A stretch of DNA of 64,000 bases from Synechococcus sp. UW140 (GTDB lineage: Bacteria; Pseudomonadota; Gammaproteobacteria; Burkholderiales; Burkholderiaceae_C): the NCBI GenBank assembly GCA_943371335.1, contig CALRUK020000021.1:4909-68908 (forward strand), read 5' to 3'. Positions 63,868-64,000 of this stretch are shown here, piece by piece. Position 1 is the first letter of the stretch; each line of letters begins with the position of its first letter. A program made the translations under genes and the position numbers. The notes under the pieces were generated by a model that was not told the DNA's origin, did not search any database, and worked only from the letters and a program-made list of their open reading frames with translations.

Positions 63868-64000
63868 TCAGTCCGGCACCACCGCCGTGACTTCAATCTC
63901 CACCTTGGCCCGCGCCTCCATCAGGCCACTCACTTCCACACAGGTCATGGCCGGGAAGTTGCGCCCCATCACTTCGCGGTAAACCTCGCCCAACTCGCGC
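63868..64000 (-). CDS. RidA/YjgF family protein, 3' end only
   Basis: Hand translation RELGEVYREVMGRNFPAMTCVEVSGLMEARAKVEIEVTAVVPD-stop. Confidence 0.85.
   Translation of the reverse strand, partial: RELGEVYREVMGRNFPAMTCVEVSGLMEARAKVEIEVTAVVPD

Overview
High-GC betaproteobacterial (Burkholderiales, Comamonadaceae/Rubrivivax-like) chromosomal DNA. About 43 kb (2.4-45.7 kb) is a near-complete anoxygenic photosynthesis gene cluster (PGC). Its transcription units are bchG-pucC-like MFS-bchP-orf (minus), ppaA/aerR-ppsR (minus), bchFNBHLM-lhaA-puhABC-acsF-puhE-crtIB plus a small ORF (plus), crtEF-bchCXYZ-pufB-orf74-pufALMC-crtADC plus an alpha/beta-fold gene (minus), and bchIDO (minus). PpsR operators are visible at four promoters. 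No bchE, bchJ, hemN, hemA, puc (LH2) or pufX is present in the window. The left 2.2 kb holds the 5' part of a large tyrosine-recombinase-like ORF (at least 744 codons, runs off the window, absent from the ORF track) next to an intrinsic terminator. The right 18 kb is accessory metabolism: a PhoD-like phosphatase, an MFS transporter, an IclR/Rieske oxygenase/Bug/SDR catabolic unit, a PACE exporter with LysR, an uncharacterised GT2 / acyl-CoA-dehydrogenase-like / PIG-L deacetylase / NodS-like methyltransferase operon, a ferritin-like protein, a LysR/Bug/sulfatase cassette, a PsiF-like repeat protein, small membrane proteins and a partial RidA. No rRNA, tRNA or CRISPR array was seen. All calls rest on motif recognition by eye; no database search was run.
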